Part shown: one piece after another, positions 1 through 8,101 of the stretch
How the letters are laid out: every line of letters starts with the position of its first letter
How positions within the stretch are numbered: the stretch's first letter is position 1
Virus record (IMG/VR): IMGVR_UViG_3300038620_000091
Length of the DNA: 64,000 nt
DNA from: a virus
Strand: one strand, 5' to 3'
Notes under the pieces: model-generated
What the model saw: the letters and a program-made list of their open reading frames with translations, nothing else
Databases searched by the model: none
Told to the model about the DNA's origin: nothing
Translations under genes and position numbers: made by a program

Positions 1-120
1 ATCGTTGACCAAAACATTCTTGTTGGAGATATCTTCATCCAACCAACAAGAACTGCAGAATTTGTTCAAATCGAATTCAACGTTCTTCCAAGTGGGGTTG
101 AATTTGGAGACGAAGGATAA
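1..120 (+). CDS. tail sheath protein, C-terminal fragment (partial)
   Basis: Frame 1 reads ...NILVGDIFIQPTRTAEFVQIEFNVLPSGVEFGDEG*, the typical C-terminus of T4 gp18-like sheaths; the tube gene follows. Confidence 0.9.
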   Translation: MVDQNILVGDIFIQPTRTAEFVQIEFNVLPSGVEFGDEG

Positions 121-189
121 CCTTTTACAATCAATTAACAAATAAAAACAGTTACGTGAAGAAAATCAAATATAAAGTTTGAAAATCAA

Positions 190-684
190 ATGAAACTAGA
201 AGATGCTCTACGAAAAATTGTTCAAGAAGAAACTCAAAAACTACTCTCTGAGGTAGACCACAGTAGAAACATCGAAGTCCAAGAAAACATTACGGTACGA
301 GACATGAAGACAGGTGATATGCTTCGTATGCCGTTTAAAGGCGATTATCGCCTCTTCTTTATCGTTTGGCCGGGAGACGGGGAGTATTTTCACGCCCTTG
401 ACCTTGAAAAAATGACTGAAAGAGAGATTGCTTCTTTTTTTGCACACGTATACGACAGGCTTTCACCTATGGCCCGAAGAATGATGGAGAAGACGTTCCC
501 GCGTCGTTTGACACTTGGGCCAATCAAAAAAGACGAGAATTTTTATCACGATATTATCAAAAGCCTTGATTTCGTGAAAGATAATTACAGAACTCCGAAA
601 ATTTCAAACATCGGGGACGACTTAATCCAGCGCGTTGTGTATAAACCTTCTCTTTCCGGAGAGATTTCCGACTATCTTATGTAG
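190..684 (+). CDS. leader-bearing putative virion protein; cargo paralogous to 44703..45146
   Basis: N-terminal MKLEDALRKIVQEETQKLLSE leader; cargo shares GD..F, H(A/G)(L/I)D, FY and YRT motifs with the 44703 ORF. Confidence 0.6.
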   Translation: MKLEDALRKIVQEETQKLLSEVDHSRNIEVQENITVRDMKTGDMLRMPFKGDYRLFFIVWPGDGEYFHALDLEKMTEREIASFFAHVYDRLSPMARRMMEKTFPRRLTLGPIKKDENFYHDIIKSLDFVKDNYRTPKISNIGDDLIQRVVYKPSLSGEISDYLM

Positions 685-695
685 ACATGAAGAAA

Positions 696-780
696 TACCT
701 TACGCCGTAGGACCGTTATAGTTAGTTTCCTAAAGGCGAAGGACGTGGGGGGCTCAAAATATCCGAGGGTCCCCCACATT
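696..780 (+). ncRNA. candidate structured RNA element
   Basis: Nested stems CCTT(A)CGCC/GGCGAAGG (698-742) and TAGGA/TCCTA, then a GC-rich hairpin GTGGGGG...CCCCCAC (745-777), in an otherwise AT-rich spacer. Confidence 0.4.
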
Positions 781-806
781 TATGAAGGTAAGACTAAGTA
801 AATACT

Positions 807-1136
807 GTGAAACTTACTGAAGACAAACTTCGACGTATCATTCGCGAAGAAATCCACCGCCTTAGCGAAGGCTCAAACAGCACCCGAATTGTGCAGGCGC
901 TGTATGAGCTTATGGAGCGTAATGGCCTCAACCCGCGCATCAAGCAGCAAAATGTGGTTGAGTTTGGTGATGGCTACGATTACGTGCGCGTACACCAACA
1001 CGACCAACACTTTTTTGACGTTAAAATTAGCGTTCCCGGAATGACAAAAACGCATCGAATTAATGTTCGAGACTCCGAAACGGCCCGTGACGCCGCAATT
1101 GAAATTTATGATAAGCTTGATAGATACGGAGTTTAA
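807..1136 (+). CDS. leader-bearing small protein (cassette array member)
   Basis: MKLTEDKLRRIIREEIHRLSE leader followed by a unique cargo. Confidence 0.75.
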   Translation: MKLTEDKLRRIIREEIHRLSEGSNSTRIVQALYELMERNGLNPRIKQQNVVEFGDGYDYVRVHQHDQHFFDVKISVPGMTKTHRINVRDSETARDAAIEIYDKLDRYGV

Positions 1137-1162
1137 TCAAAAACCCTTATAACAAAACTATT

Positions 1163-1399
1163 ATGTCTCAATACAACGATGGAAAACATGCCAGATACAA
1201 GCTTCGTGAGATCATGAAGTTTGCGAAAATGCTTCATGACCACATCGAGCCGGGAGACGAGCTTCCCGAATGGATTATGGACAAATTCACAATATCTGCA
1301 AATGACTTAAACGAGTCTTACCAGTATCTTGAAAACAAGTCCATTGAAAAGAAAATCCGTATGTACGTCCGGGAAGAAATCCAAAACCAATCTCGGTAA
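1163..1399 (+). CDS. conserved phage hypothetical protein with C-terminal leader-like motif
   Basis: ARYKL...AKML...ELPEWIMDKFT...YQYLE helical domain; ends KIRMYVREEIQN. Confidence 0.65.
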   Translation: MSQYNDGKHARYKLREIMKFAKMLHDHIEPGDELPEWIMDKFTISANDLNESYQYLENKSIEKKIRMYVREEIQNQSR

Positions 1400-1413
1400 C
1401 TTTTAAATAAGTC

Positions 1414-1422
1414 CTATATATA
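1414..1422 (+). promoter_or_regulatory. putative late promoter (CTATATATA-type)
   Basis: Same or similar motif upstream of the tube (1414), chaperone (7272), endolysin (61267) and fibre (63643) genes; T4-like TATAAATA at 6777. Confidence 0.5.
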
Positions 1423-1479
1423 GACAGAATACGTAACATGTTACAATATTATAACCAAAAAATCAAATGGTAAAATCAA

Positions 1480-1977
1480 ATGGCATTTGAACAACTAGAA
1501 GACAACGAACTATTTTTCACGGAGTTTGAACCGAAAATGCAAAATCGGTTCTACTTCAAGCTTGCGGACTTAAACGTTCCGGCGTACCTTATTAAGTCTG
1601 CTTCAAGACCAGAAATCAATTTTAACACCGTTGAGCTTCCGCACATCAATATAACGCGGAAAGTCAAGGGGAAGGTGTCTTACGGAGACGTTTCACTTAC
1701 TCTTTACGACCCGATTTCCCCTTCTGGTTCACAAGCCGTTATGGAGTGGGTCCTCCAACACCACGAGCCAACCACCGGACGTGACGGATATGCTGACGGG
1801 TATAAAAGAGACGTTGTGTATAACACCCTTGACCCGTCTGGAACTCGAATTGAAGAGTGGAAGCTTAAAGGAGCGTTTGTAACGTCTGCTTCATTCAACG
1901 AGGCAGGATTTGAAAATGATGCTCCGTTCGAGATTAACCTAACGCTTGCCTACGATTATCCTGTGCAGAATTACTAA
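1480..1977 (+). CDS. tail tube protein (T4 gp19-like)
   Basis: FEPKMQNRF, SASRP, LTLYDPI, EEWKLKGAF and LTLAYDY tube motifs; lies downstream of the sheath. Confidence 0.9.
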   Translation: MAFEQLEDNELFFTEFEPKMQNRFYFKLADLNVPAYLIKSASRPEINFNTVELPHINITRKVKGKVSYGDVSLTLYDPISPSGSQAVMEWVLQHHEPTTGRDGYADGYKRDVVYNTLDPSGTRIEEWKLKGAFVTSASFNEAGFENDAPFEINLTLAYDYPVQNY

Positions 1978-2038
1978 TTTTCAATCAATTCCCACAGTTA
2001 ATCGTTTGGTTCAGTTTTTGTTAAAATTGCCAAATACA

Positions 2039-2320
2039 ATGAAACTGTCTGAACGCAAACTTAGGAAAATAATCAAAAGAGAGTTTAAAGAGATTTTTCC
2101 GGGATTTGAACGTACTGGAAACGACGAAATTACTAGGAAACTTGCTGACTTCAAAGAGCAGCTTCCAAAGTTTAACTCCAGAGATTTAGTTAACTTGGAA
2201 ATTCGGAACCCTAAACTCCGTAAAGACATGAAACGCTTACGCAAAAAGCTGAAGGGTGTTGAAGATTTTGTTGAAGAAATGATCGAAAAATCTAATAGAA
2301 ATAAATACAACAATAATTAA
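2039..2320 (+). CDS. leader-bearing small protein (cassette array member)
   Basis: Likely start is ATG 2039: MKLSERKLRKIIKREFKE. Confidence 0.7.
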   Translation: MKLSERKLRKIIKREFKEIFPGFERTGNDEITRKLADFKEQLPKFNSRDLVNLEIRNPKLRKDMKRLRKKLKGVEDFVEEMIEKSNRNKYNNN

Positions 2321-2325
2321 TTACT

Positions 2326-2901
2326 ATGGACGTTTTTCAAGAAATGAAAAGTTACTTAGAAAAAGCTGGAACTTCAAAATCTGATGGATACTCTTATAAA
2401 GGGTACTTCATCACTTTAGACCGAATGGGGGGTATGACCACCTTTGTAAATGTCCGAAGGGACGTTTACGATGAAGACGTGGTTGCTTCTGCAACGATTG
2501 AAGACGGTCGCGTTGAGCTTAAAAAAGATTCCGGTGGCATGACCCCAACGATGAATAAAATGAGATACCGAGGACCCGAATCGGTTCTTGACGCTCTTTT
2601 ATCAATGAACGAATCAAAAAACAAATCAAGAAAAAACACTATGAAACTATCTGAACGCAAACTTAAACGCATAATTCGTGAAGAAACAAAAAAAGCTATG
2701 AATGAAAGGAGCAAAGATGCTATGGAGATTGGTTCTTTCGCTGCGTCTGATGGAGACTATTCTGTAGAAGTAGTGACAAACCAATTGGGTAAATCCAACG
2801 TTCGTATTTCTTCTTACCGGGGAGAAACTGTACTATATCTCTCTCCTAGAACTGCAAAAAGACTTTCGGATCTTCTTCGTGAAGCTTCAATGAGTTCTTA
2901 A
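2326..2901 (+). CDS. two-cargo protein with internal leader (from 2641)
   Basis: Domain 1 ...SMNE, then MKLSERKLKRIIREETKKAMNE and domain 2. Confidence 0.7.
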   Translation: MDVFQEMKSYLEKAGTSKSDGYSYKGYFITLDRMGGMTTFVNVRRDVYDEDVVASATIEDGRVELKKDSGGMTPTMNKMRYRGPESVLDALLSMNESKNKSRKNTMKLSERKLKRIIREETKKAMNERSKDAMEIGSFAASDGDYSVEVVTNQLGKSNVRISSYRGETVLYLSPRTAKRLSDLLREASMSS

Positions 2902-2958
2902 CAATATGACTATGAATTAAACTCACAAGACTATTTTAATAAAAATTGAATAAAAATT

Positions 2959-3186
2959 ATGAGACTGTCCGAACGCAAACTTAAACGCATAGTCCGTGAA
3001 GAAACAAAAAAAGTTATGAATGAAGTAGACCTTTCCAGAGAATTTAAAACAATTGGAAAATTCATGGAAGATGTTTCCATGTCTTATGGTTCTGTTCGTC
3101 CAATTGGTGAAAAAACAGAACGTGGTGAAAAAGTTTACGAGTTTGAAATCAATGGTGCTATTTTTCAGATCAAACCTTTGACCTAA
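2959..3186 (+). CDS. leader-bearing small protein
   Basis: MRLSERKLKRIVREETKKVMNE leader. Confidence 0.75.
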   Translation: MRLSERKLKRIVREETKKVMNEVDLSREFKTIGKFMEDVSMSYGSVRPIGEKTERGEKVYEFEINGAIFQIKPLT

Positions 3187-3215
3187 CTAACAAACTAACC
3201 TAAAATTGAAGTAAA

Positions 3216-3554
3216 ATGAAACTATCAAGGCGCAAACTTAAACGCATAATTCGTGAAGAAACTCAAAACGTTTTGCAAGAGGCTTCTTACAGCCAAAGAA
3301 GCCGTACTGTTCGCATCGGTCGTGAAGAGTACGTAGTGGGTATTCGAGTTGAAGACGACCGTGTTGCATTAATCGCAGAGCCAAATGATCCACAAGCTAC
3401 TATGAATCGACGTGGTGATGAGTTTGACTTTATGAACGCTGTGTCAAAAGAGCTTGGTATTGATATTTACCATTTTGACGATCCAAGCATTTCTGACAGG
3501 GCAATGGCATTTCGCGTTCCCCCACAAGAAATTCTTGACCTAATTGTTCGATAA
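3216..3554 (+). CDS. leader-bearing small protein
   Basis: MKLSRRKLKRIIREETQNVLQE leader. Confidence 0.75.
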   Translation: MKLSRRKLKRIIREETQNVLQEASYSQRSRTVRIGREEYVVGIRVEDDRVALIAEPNDPQATMNRRGDEFDFMNAVSKELGIDIYHFDDPSISDRAMAFRVPPQEILDLIVR

Positions 3555-3573
3555 AACTAAACTTTAAAATACA

Positions 3574-3972
3574 ATGAAACTATCAAGACGTAAACTTAAA
3601 CGTATAATCCGTGAAGAGGTCCGTAACGTGATTCAAGAGTCTCCGATCCGGGGACAAGCATCCGACATGGACCGCGACGAGCTTATTATGCAGGGAAAAC
3701 AACTTGCACGTAGGTTAAGCAAAACAAGGCTTAGACAGCGCGTTCTTGGGCGTCTTGGTTTTGAAACCGCAGCGGACCTTTTGGGATACATGGATAGGAT
3801 GCAAGGCTTTAACATGGAAGTTCCACAACGCAGGTTCAACAGAGACGCGGTTCGTGACCAGCTTGTAAACGTTATCGAGACGATGATCGAGCTTATGGGC
3901 AAAGAAGACTTCTTTGCCGAGCTTCTAATGGCTGCTTCAACACAAGACATTCGAAATCTTCTTTCAAGATAA
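3574..3972 (+). CDS. leader-bearing small protein
   Basis: MKLSRRKLKRIIREEVRNVIQE leader. Confidence 0.75.
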   Translation: MKLSRRKLKRIIREEVRNVIQESPIRGQASDMDRDELIMQGKQLARRLSKTRLRQRVLGRLGFETAADLLGYMDRMQGFNMEVPQRRFNRDAVRDQLVNVIETMIELMGKEDFFAELLMAASTQDIRNLLSR

Positions 3973-3986
3973 AAAGTTAAACTAAT

Positions 3987-4646
3987 ATGTCTGCAAATAA
4001 AAAAGAACTGTCTCAATTGTTTGTAAGTCAAGCAAAGACAGAGTTGGGGCTGAAAAAGACTCGACCCATTACGGGGTTTGACGCTTCTTTTGAGGGTAGT
4101 TATGGAAAATTTGACGTTACGTTGTCCGTAGAAGAGTACATGGACCGGAACGACCCGTCCACAGTTGTTCAAATGACTTGGAAAGCGGGAAGTCAAGGAA
4201 TTTCTTTTGAAGATGATTTTCTTGATCACCGGGAAAGGGCGTTAAGGTTCTCTGCTTACCGCTTGACTTTTGATCCCTCTGGCATGTACCAAGAGGACCG
4301 GACAGCGTTGGGATCTAGAGTTGTGTACGACGGAAATTTTCAAAATACCGTTAAAAAAATGCATCGGTTAGTTACTAGAGAATTGAACTTAAATGAAAAT
4401 ACAATGAAACTATCAAGGCGCAAACTTAAACGCATAATCCGTGAAGAAACGAAGAAAGCTGTAAACGAAATGCAGCAAAGACGTATCCTGAACGGCAGGT
4501 CTTTTAGAAAATATCTTAAAGGCAAAAAAATTAAAGACACGGCTGTTACTCGAAGGGGCCTCAATCAATGGGAAATTCACTTTCCGAATAACGAAAGGCT
4601 TCTGATTAAAAACCCAGATGAAGTTTTGTTTAACGACCAAAGTTAG
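3987..4646 (+). CDS. two-cargo protein with internal leader (from 4404)
   Basis: Domain 1 ...LNLNE, then MKLSRRKLKRIIREETKKAVNE and domain 2. Confidence 0.7.
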   Translation: MSANKKELSQLFVSQAKTELGLKKTRPITGFDASFEGSYGKFDVTLSVEEYMDRNDPSTVVQMTWKAGSQGISFEDDFLDHRERALRFSAYRLTFDPSGMYQEDRTALGSRVVYDGNFQNTVKKMHRLVTRELNLNENTMKLSRRKLKRIIREETKKAVNEMQQRRILNGRSFRKYLKGKKIKDTAVTRRGLNQWEIHFPNNERLLIKNPDEVLFNDQS

Positions 4647-4702
4647 ATGTGACTAAAAAAGTTTATTGCCTCTTATTCACAACCAAATCAAAAAGCGTAA
4701 AA

Positions 4703-4995
4703 ATGTTGTTTAGAAGAATAAGAAGAATTGTTAAAGAAGAATTGTTAAAGAAGAAGTAACAAAGGTCCTTTCCAGCCGTGGACTTACAATAAGGGGAATG
4801 CCAAACAGCTTTTGTGTGGTTTTTGAATCCCTTACCGGGTCTGAGGTCATTAGAGACATTGTTTCCGAAGTGGATTACCTAACTCTTTGGAAAATGGGCA
4901 AGGGAACCACAGGAAAGGGACCCCGACCCGTTGGTATTTACGGCCCAAATAACAAGCAAGAAGCTATAAATCATGCAAATAGGTCACTGTATTAG
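4703..4995 (+). pseudogene. frameshifted cassette member
   Basis: Tandem 14-bp duplication agaagaattgttaa (4721-4734/4735-4748); removing one copy gives MLFRRIRRIVKEEVTKVLSS... in frame with ORF 4798..4995. Confidence 0.65.
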
Positions 4996-5062
4996 ATCGA
5001 CTGTTTAGAATAAAAAGGTTAGAATAAAAAGGTTACACTATTCATAAATTAACGAAAATACA

Positions 5063-5485
5063 ATGAAGCTATCAAAACGTAAACTGCAACGTATAATTCG
5101 TGAAGAAACCCGGAAAGTTCTAAGTGAGGATTCTACGGGGGTTGACATGGGAAGAGTTCTCCAGCTTATAAAAGAAGAAGGTGAAAGATTTCTTCGTATA
5201 GAAGACTTGCGAGGCCGAGTGACCGTTAGCCAAAGACACAATGTTGTTGATGTTGAAGATTCGAACTTAGAATATCCTATTACTATAACTGCGGAAGAGT
5301 CCAGAAGAGGTGGAGTCCTTGTAGAAGTTGGCTCTGAAATTTCTGTTAATTACGGACGTGGAAGTGGACTTGAAAAGATTTCGTATAGAGACCCGGAAGA
5401 TATTGTCAATAGCCGCAAGCTTCTAGATGCTATTACGGATCATCATATTATCATTGATGAATTTGAAGAATCAAGAAGATACTAG
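5063..5485 (+). CDS. leader-bearing small protein
   Basis: MKLSKRKLQRIIREETRKVLSE leader. Confidence 0.75.
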   Translation: MKLSKRKLQRIIREETRKVLSEDSTGVDMGRVLQLIKEEGERFLRIEDLRGRVTVSQRHNVVDVEDSNLEYPITITAEESRRGGVLVEVGSEISVNYGRGSGLEKISYRDPEDIVNSRKLLDAITDHHIIIDEFEESRRY

Positions 5486-5517
5486 TAACGGCATTAATCT
5501 ACACACGTTAAATTAGA

Positions 5518-5856
5518 ATGAGACTTTCAAGACGTAAATTACAACGAATAATTCGTGAAGAGATCCGAAAGACCTTAAATGAAAGGGTTATCCGGGAAAA
5601 GTACACAGTTGATGAGCTTGAACGAACCGTAAAAGACCAGTTTCCGATGGCCCGTGTCATTCGCACTCCAGACGGAGTACACAGAGGAATCCCATTCAGC
5701 GATTATGGTGGGGTTTTAGTTGATATGGGCGGTCGCCAAGAAATGTACTTTGTTCGTGTAGATGGAGAAGTTAAACGTTATAGCCCGGAATCTGGAAGTC
5801 TATTTATGGGCCGTTCTGAGGATGCTAAACTCTTGAAACAACTTTTTAACCTTTAA
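5518..5856 (+). CDS. leader-bearing small protein
   Basis: MRLSRRKLQRIIREEIRKTLNE leader. Confidence 0.75.
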   Translation: MRLSRRKLQRIIREEIRKTLNERVIREKYTVDELERTVKDQFPMARVIRTPDGVHRGIPFSDYGGVLVDMGGRQEMYFVRVDGEVKRYSPESGSLFMGRSEDAKLLKQLFNL

Positions 5857-5860
5857 CACT

Positions 5861-6268
5861 ATGAAATTATCAAGAAGAAAATTGCAAAGAATAATTCGTG
5901 AAGAGGTCCGAAAGACCTTAAACGAACGAGTTACCGAAGATGAACACGAGAGGTTTGTTCGTGGAATCGAAGAAGCGGTAAGCGACGTTCTTGGATTTTA
6001 CGATCTTCGAATGAACCCAAGAAGCGATAAAGGACCCGGTTCTCAAATCGAGTATCAAGACAGAGACGACACCAGAGGGTTCTTTGTTGACCTTGAAGAA
6101 ACCGGGCGTGGATATGAGATAACCGTCACCGGAAGAGGAAGGTCAATGGAAGAAGGAACCACGTTTCGCGTAAACAGCTTAGGTGACGAGTTTGTTACCG
6201 AGCTTGCTTACGTAATTGAAGAAGAGCCGCTTGAAGCAAGACCGGAACCGCGTTCATCTTTCCGGTAA
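5861..6268 (+). CDS. leader-bearing small protein
   Basis: MKLSRRKLQRIIREEVRKTLNE leader. Confidence 0.75.
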   Translation: MKLSRRKLQRIIREEVRKTLNERVTEDEHERFVRGIEEAVSDVLGFYDLRMNPRSDKGPGSQIEYQDRDDTRGFFVDLEETGRGYEITVTGRGRSMEEGTTFRVNSLGDEFVTELAYVIEEEPLEARPEPRSSFR

Positions 6269-6302
6269 CGACAAAGAATCAAAAATCAACCAGTAAAAAA
6301 TT

Positions 6303-6737
6303 ATGAGACTAAACAGAAGAAATCTTAGAAGACTTATCGAATCCGAAGTTGAAGAACAAGTTGGGGAAGAAGACGAAGAACACGAAGATGAAGAAAAGAC
6401 CGAGCGTGTTCGAGTTAAAAACAACGAGTCTGGAAACAGCTACAAGGTTCGACAGGACTTTGCGTTTTCAAATCCACAACGCTACTCTAGCATCCGAAAA
6501 ATGGTTCGAGAAGAGGTTCGTTCGATGATCGGAGAACAGTCCGGAGCCCAAGCTGCAGAAAAAACGATTGAAATCCGTTCGGATATGCAGCAAATGAACC
6601 GAAAGTTCCGAGACTTGATGCAGATGGTTAGAGACGTTGACCGTGATATGGTTGATTGGACAGAAGAAATTCATGAAGATTTCCGTGATCTAATGGATGA
6701 TCTTTACGACCTTGGAAACGAACTTTCTATGAAGTAG
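6303..6737 (+). CDS. protein with two leader-like motifs
   Basis: MRLNRRNLRRLIESEV at the N-terminus and SIRKMVREEVRSMIGE internally. Confidence 0.7.
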   Translation: MRLNRRNLRRLIESEVEEQVGEEDEEHEDEEKTERVRVKNNESGNSYKVRQDFAFSNPQRYSSIRKMVREEVRSMIGEQSGAQAAEKTIEIRSDMQQMNRKFRDLMQMVRDVDRDMVDWTEEIHEDFRDLMDDLYDLGNELSMK

Positions 6738-6806
6738 TTAAATTTAGAAGTAACACTTTTATAATTAGTTATCTAGTATAAATACACAAACACGAAATTT
6801 TGCCAA

Positions 6807-7247
6807 ATGCGACTTTCAAGGCGTAATTTAAGAAGAATTATCAAAGAAGAGACAAACAAGCTTCTTTCCGAGCAAACTCTTCCAAGAGACTTTACCGTTG
6901 ATATTCATCTTGGAAAGTACGGAAAAAGGTGTGCCGAGTATGTTATGGATGATCTTCAAGATAGGCTTCCGCGAAAGGCCGACATGTACGTTGATTACGG
7001 GCCGAAGCACCTTCGCGGGTCCGGTGGATTTGGATTTGTAGCCTACAGTAGAAGTGATCTTGAATATGAAGTTCAACTGACCGTGATGCTTGCCGCCAAA
7101 AACGAGAACATCATTCAAGTTAGAATACAAGGCCCGGATAGGGGAACAGAAAAAGAAGAGTGGACTTTTGGCATGAACGAAAATCCACAGGACCAGTTAG
7201 ATAATGCTGCTTCATATATTATTCGTATGCTTGGGTACCGCACATAA
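6807..7247 (+). CDS. leader-bearing small protein
   Basis: MRLSRRNLRRIIKEETNKLLSE leader; TATAAATA at 6777 upstream. Confidence 0.75.
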   Translation: MRLSRRNLRRIIKEETNKLLSEQTLPRDFTVDIHLGKYGKRCAEYVMDDLQDRLPRKADMYVDYGPKHLRGSGGFGFVAYSRSDLEYEVQLTVMLAAKNENIIQVRIQGPDRGTEKEEWTFGMNENPQDQLDNAASYIIRMLGYRT

Positions 7248-7330
7248 ACTTCCGGGATCGTTGAGCTATCCCTATCTATAAACAGAGTTTAACGTCGAAT
7301 AAACAAAAATCATTTACAAACGAAACCGTT

Positions 7331-8101
7331 ATGGCAAACTTTGAACCAGAAATTCAATCAAAATCCTTTGAGCTTCCAAGCAAAGGGTATTTTTACGATA
7401 AAGACAACCCTTTGGCAAATGGCACGCTTGAAATCCGGGCCATGACTGCAAAAGATGAAGACATTTTAACAGATCAAAACCTTGCAAAGAAAGGCAAGAC
7501 GCTTGACCGTCTTTTAGACAATGTGATTGTTACTCCAATTGATATGGACACAATGCTTTTAGGGGACAAGGCGGCAGCAATTGTGGCTACTCGAATTATC
7601 GGATACGGGCAACATTACCAGTTCACCTACAAAGACCCGTCCAGCGGAGAAAAACGAAAAGCAAGCGTTGACCTTGTTAACGATTTAAAAGATAAAGAGA
7701 TTCCGTTTGAAGAGTTTGACAGACACCAGAAAGAGTTTGACTTTCAACTCCCACAAACCGGATATAACGTGAAATTTAAGCTTCTTCGCCATAAAGACAA
7801 TGTGGACATGCGTTTTGAAAGAAAGAAGCTTCAAAGAGACGATGGAACCGAAGGAAACATTACGCTTCGTTTGAAGCACCAAATCGTAGAAATTGAAGGA
7901 GACAGAGACGGGTCAACGATTGCAGAGTTCATTGACGAGTTCATGCTTGCAAGAGATAGTAGGGCGCTTCGTGAAGAGGTAGACCGAGTAACCCCCGATA
8001 TTGATCTTACCATTGACGTGTCCACAGACGACGGTGAAGTTGAAGAGGTTCCGATTCAAATCGAACCGGAGTTTTTTTTTCCTTCCCGGACGGATACATA
8101 A
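7331..8101 (+). CDS. tail/baseplate-hub assembly chaperone (T4 gp26-like)
   Basis: ELPSKG, IRAMTAKDEDIL and EFFFP motifs; located before the tape measure. Confidence 0.8.
   Translation: MANFEPEIQSKSFELPSKGYFYDKDNPLANGTLEIRAMTAKDEDILTDQNLAKKGKTLDRLLDNVIVTPIDMDTMLLGDKAAAIVATRIIGYGQHYQFTYKDPSSGEKRKASVDLVNDLKDKEIPFEEFDRHQKEFDFQLPQTGYNVKFKLLRHKDNVDMRFERKKLQRDDGTEGNITLRLKHQIVEIEGDRDGSTIAEFIDEFMLARDSRALREEVDRVTPDIDLTIDVSTDDGEVEEVPIQIEPEFFFPSRTDT
8071..8080 (+). other. putative -1 programmed ribosomal frameshift site
   Basis: G followed by nine T near the end of the chaperone; the -1 frame is open and continues into 8131..8472 (SFPDGYIKEVHKEIFQLVYNG...). Confidence 0.7.

Larger units (their letters stand above)
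2039..6872 (+). repeat. dispersed ~60-bp direct repeat encoding the conserved leader
   Basis: atgaaactatc(a/t)...cg(c/t)aaacttaaacg(c/t)ataat(t/c)cgtgaaga recurs at 2039, 2641, 2959, 3216, 3574, 4404, 5063, 5518, 5861 and 6807; the 3216 and 4404 copies are near-identical. Confidence 0.9.

Noticed and set aside
2039-6872. CRISPR array suggested by the recurring ~60-bp repeat
   Set aside because: The repeats are protein-coding, vary at wobble positions and are separated by 200-650-bp ORFs; no cas operon is present.
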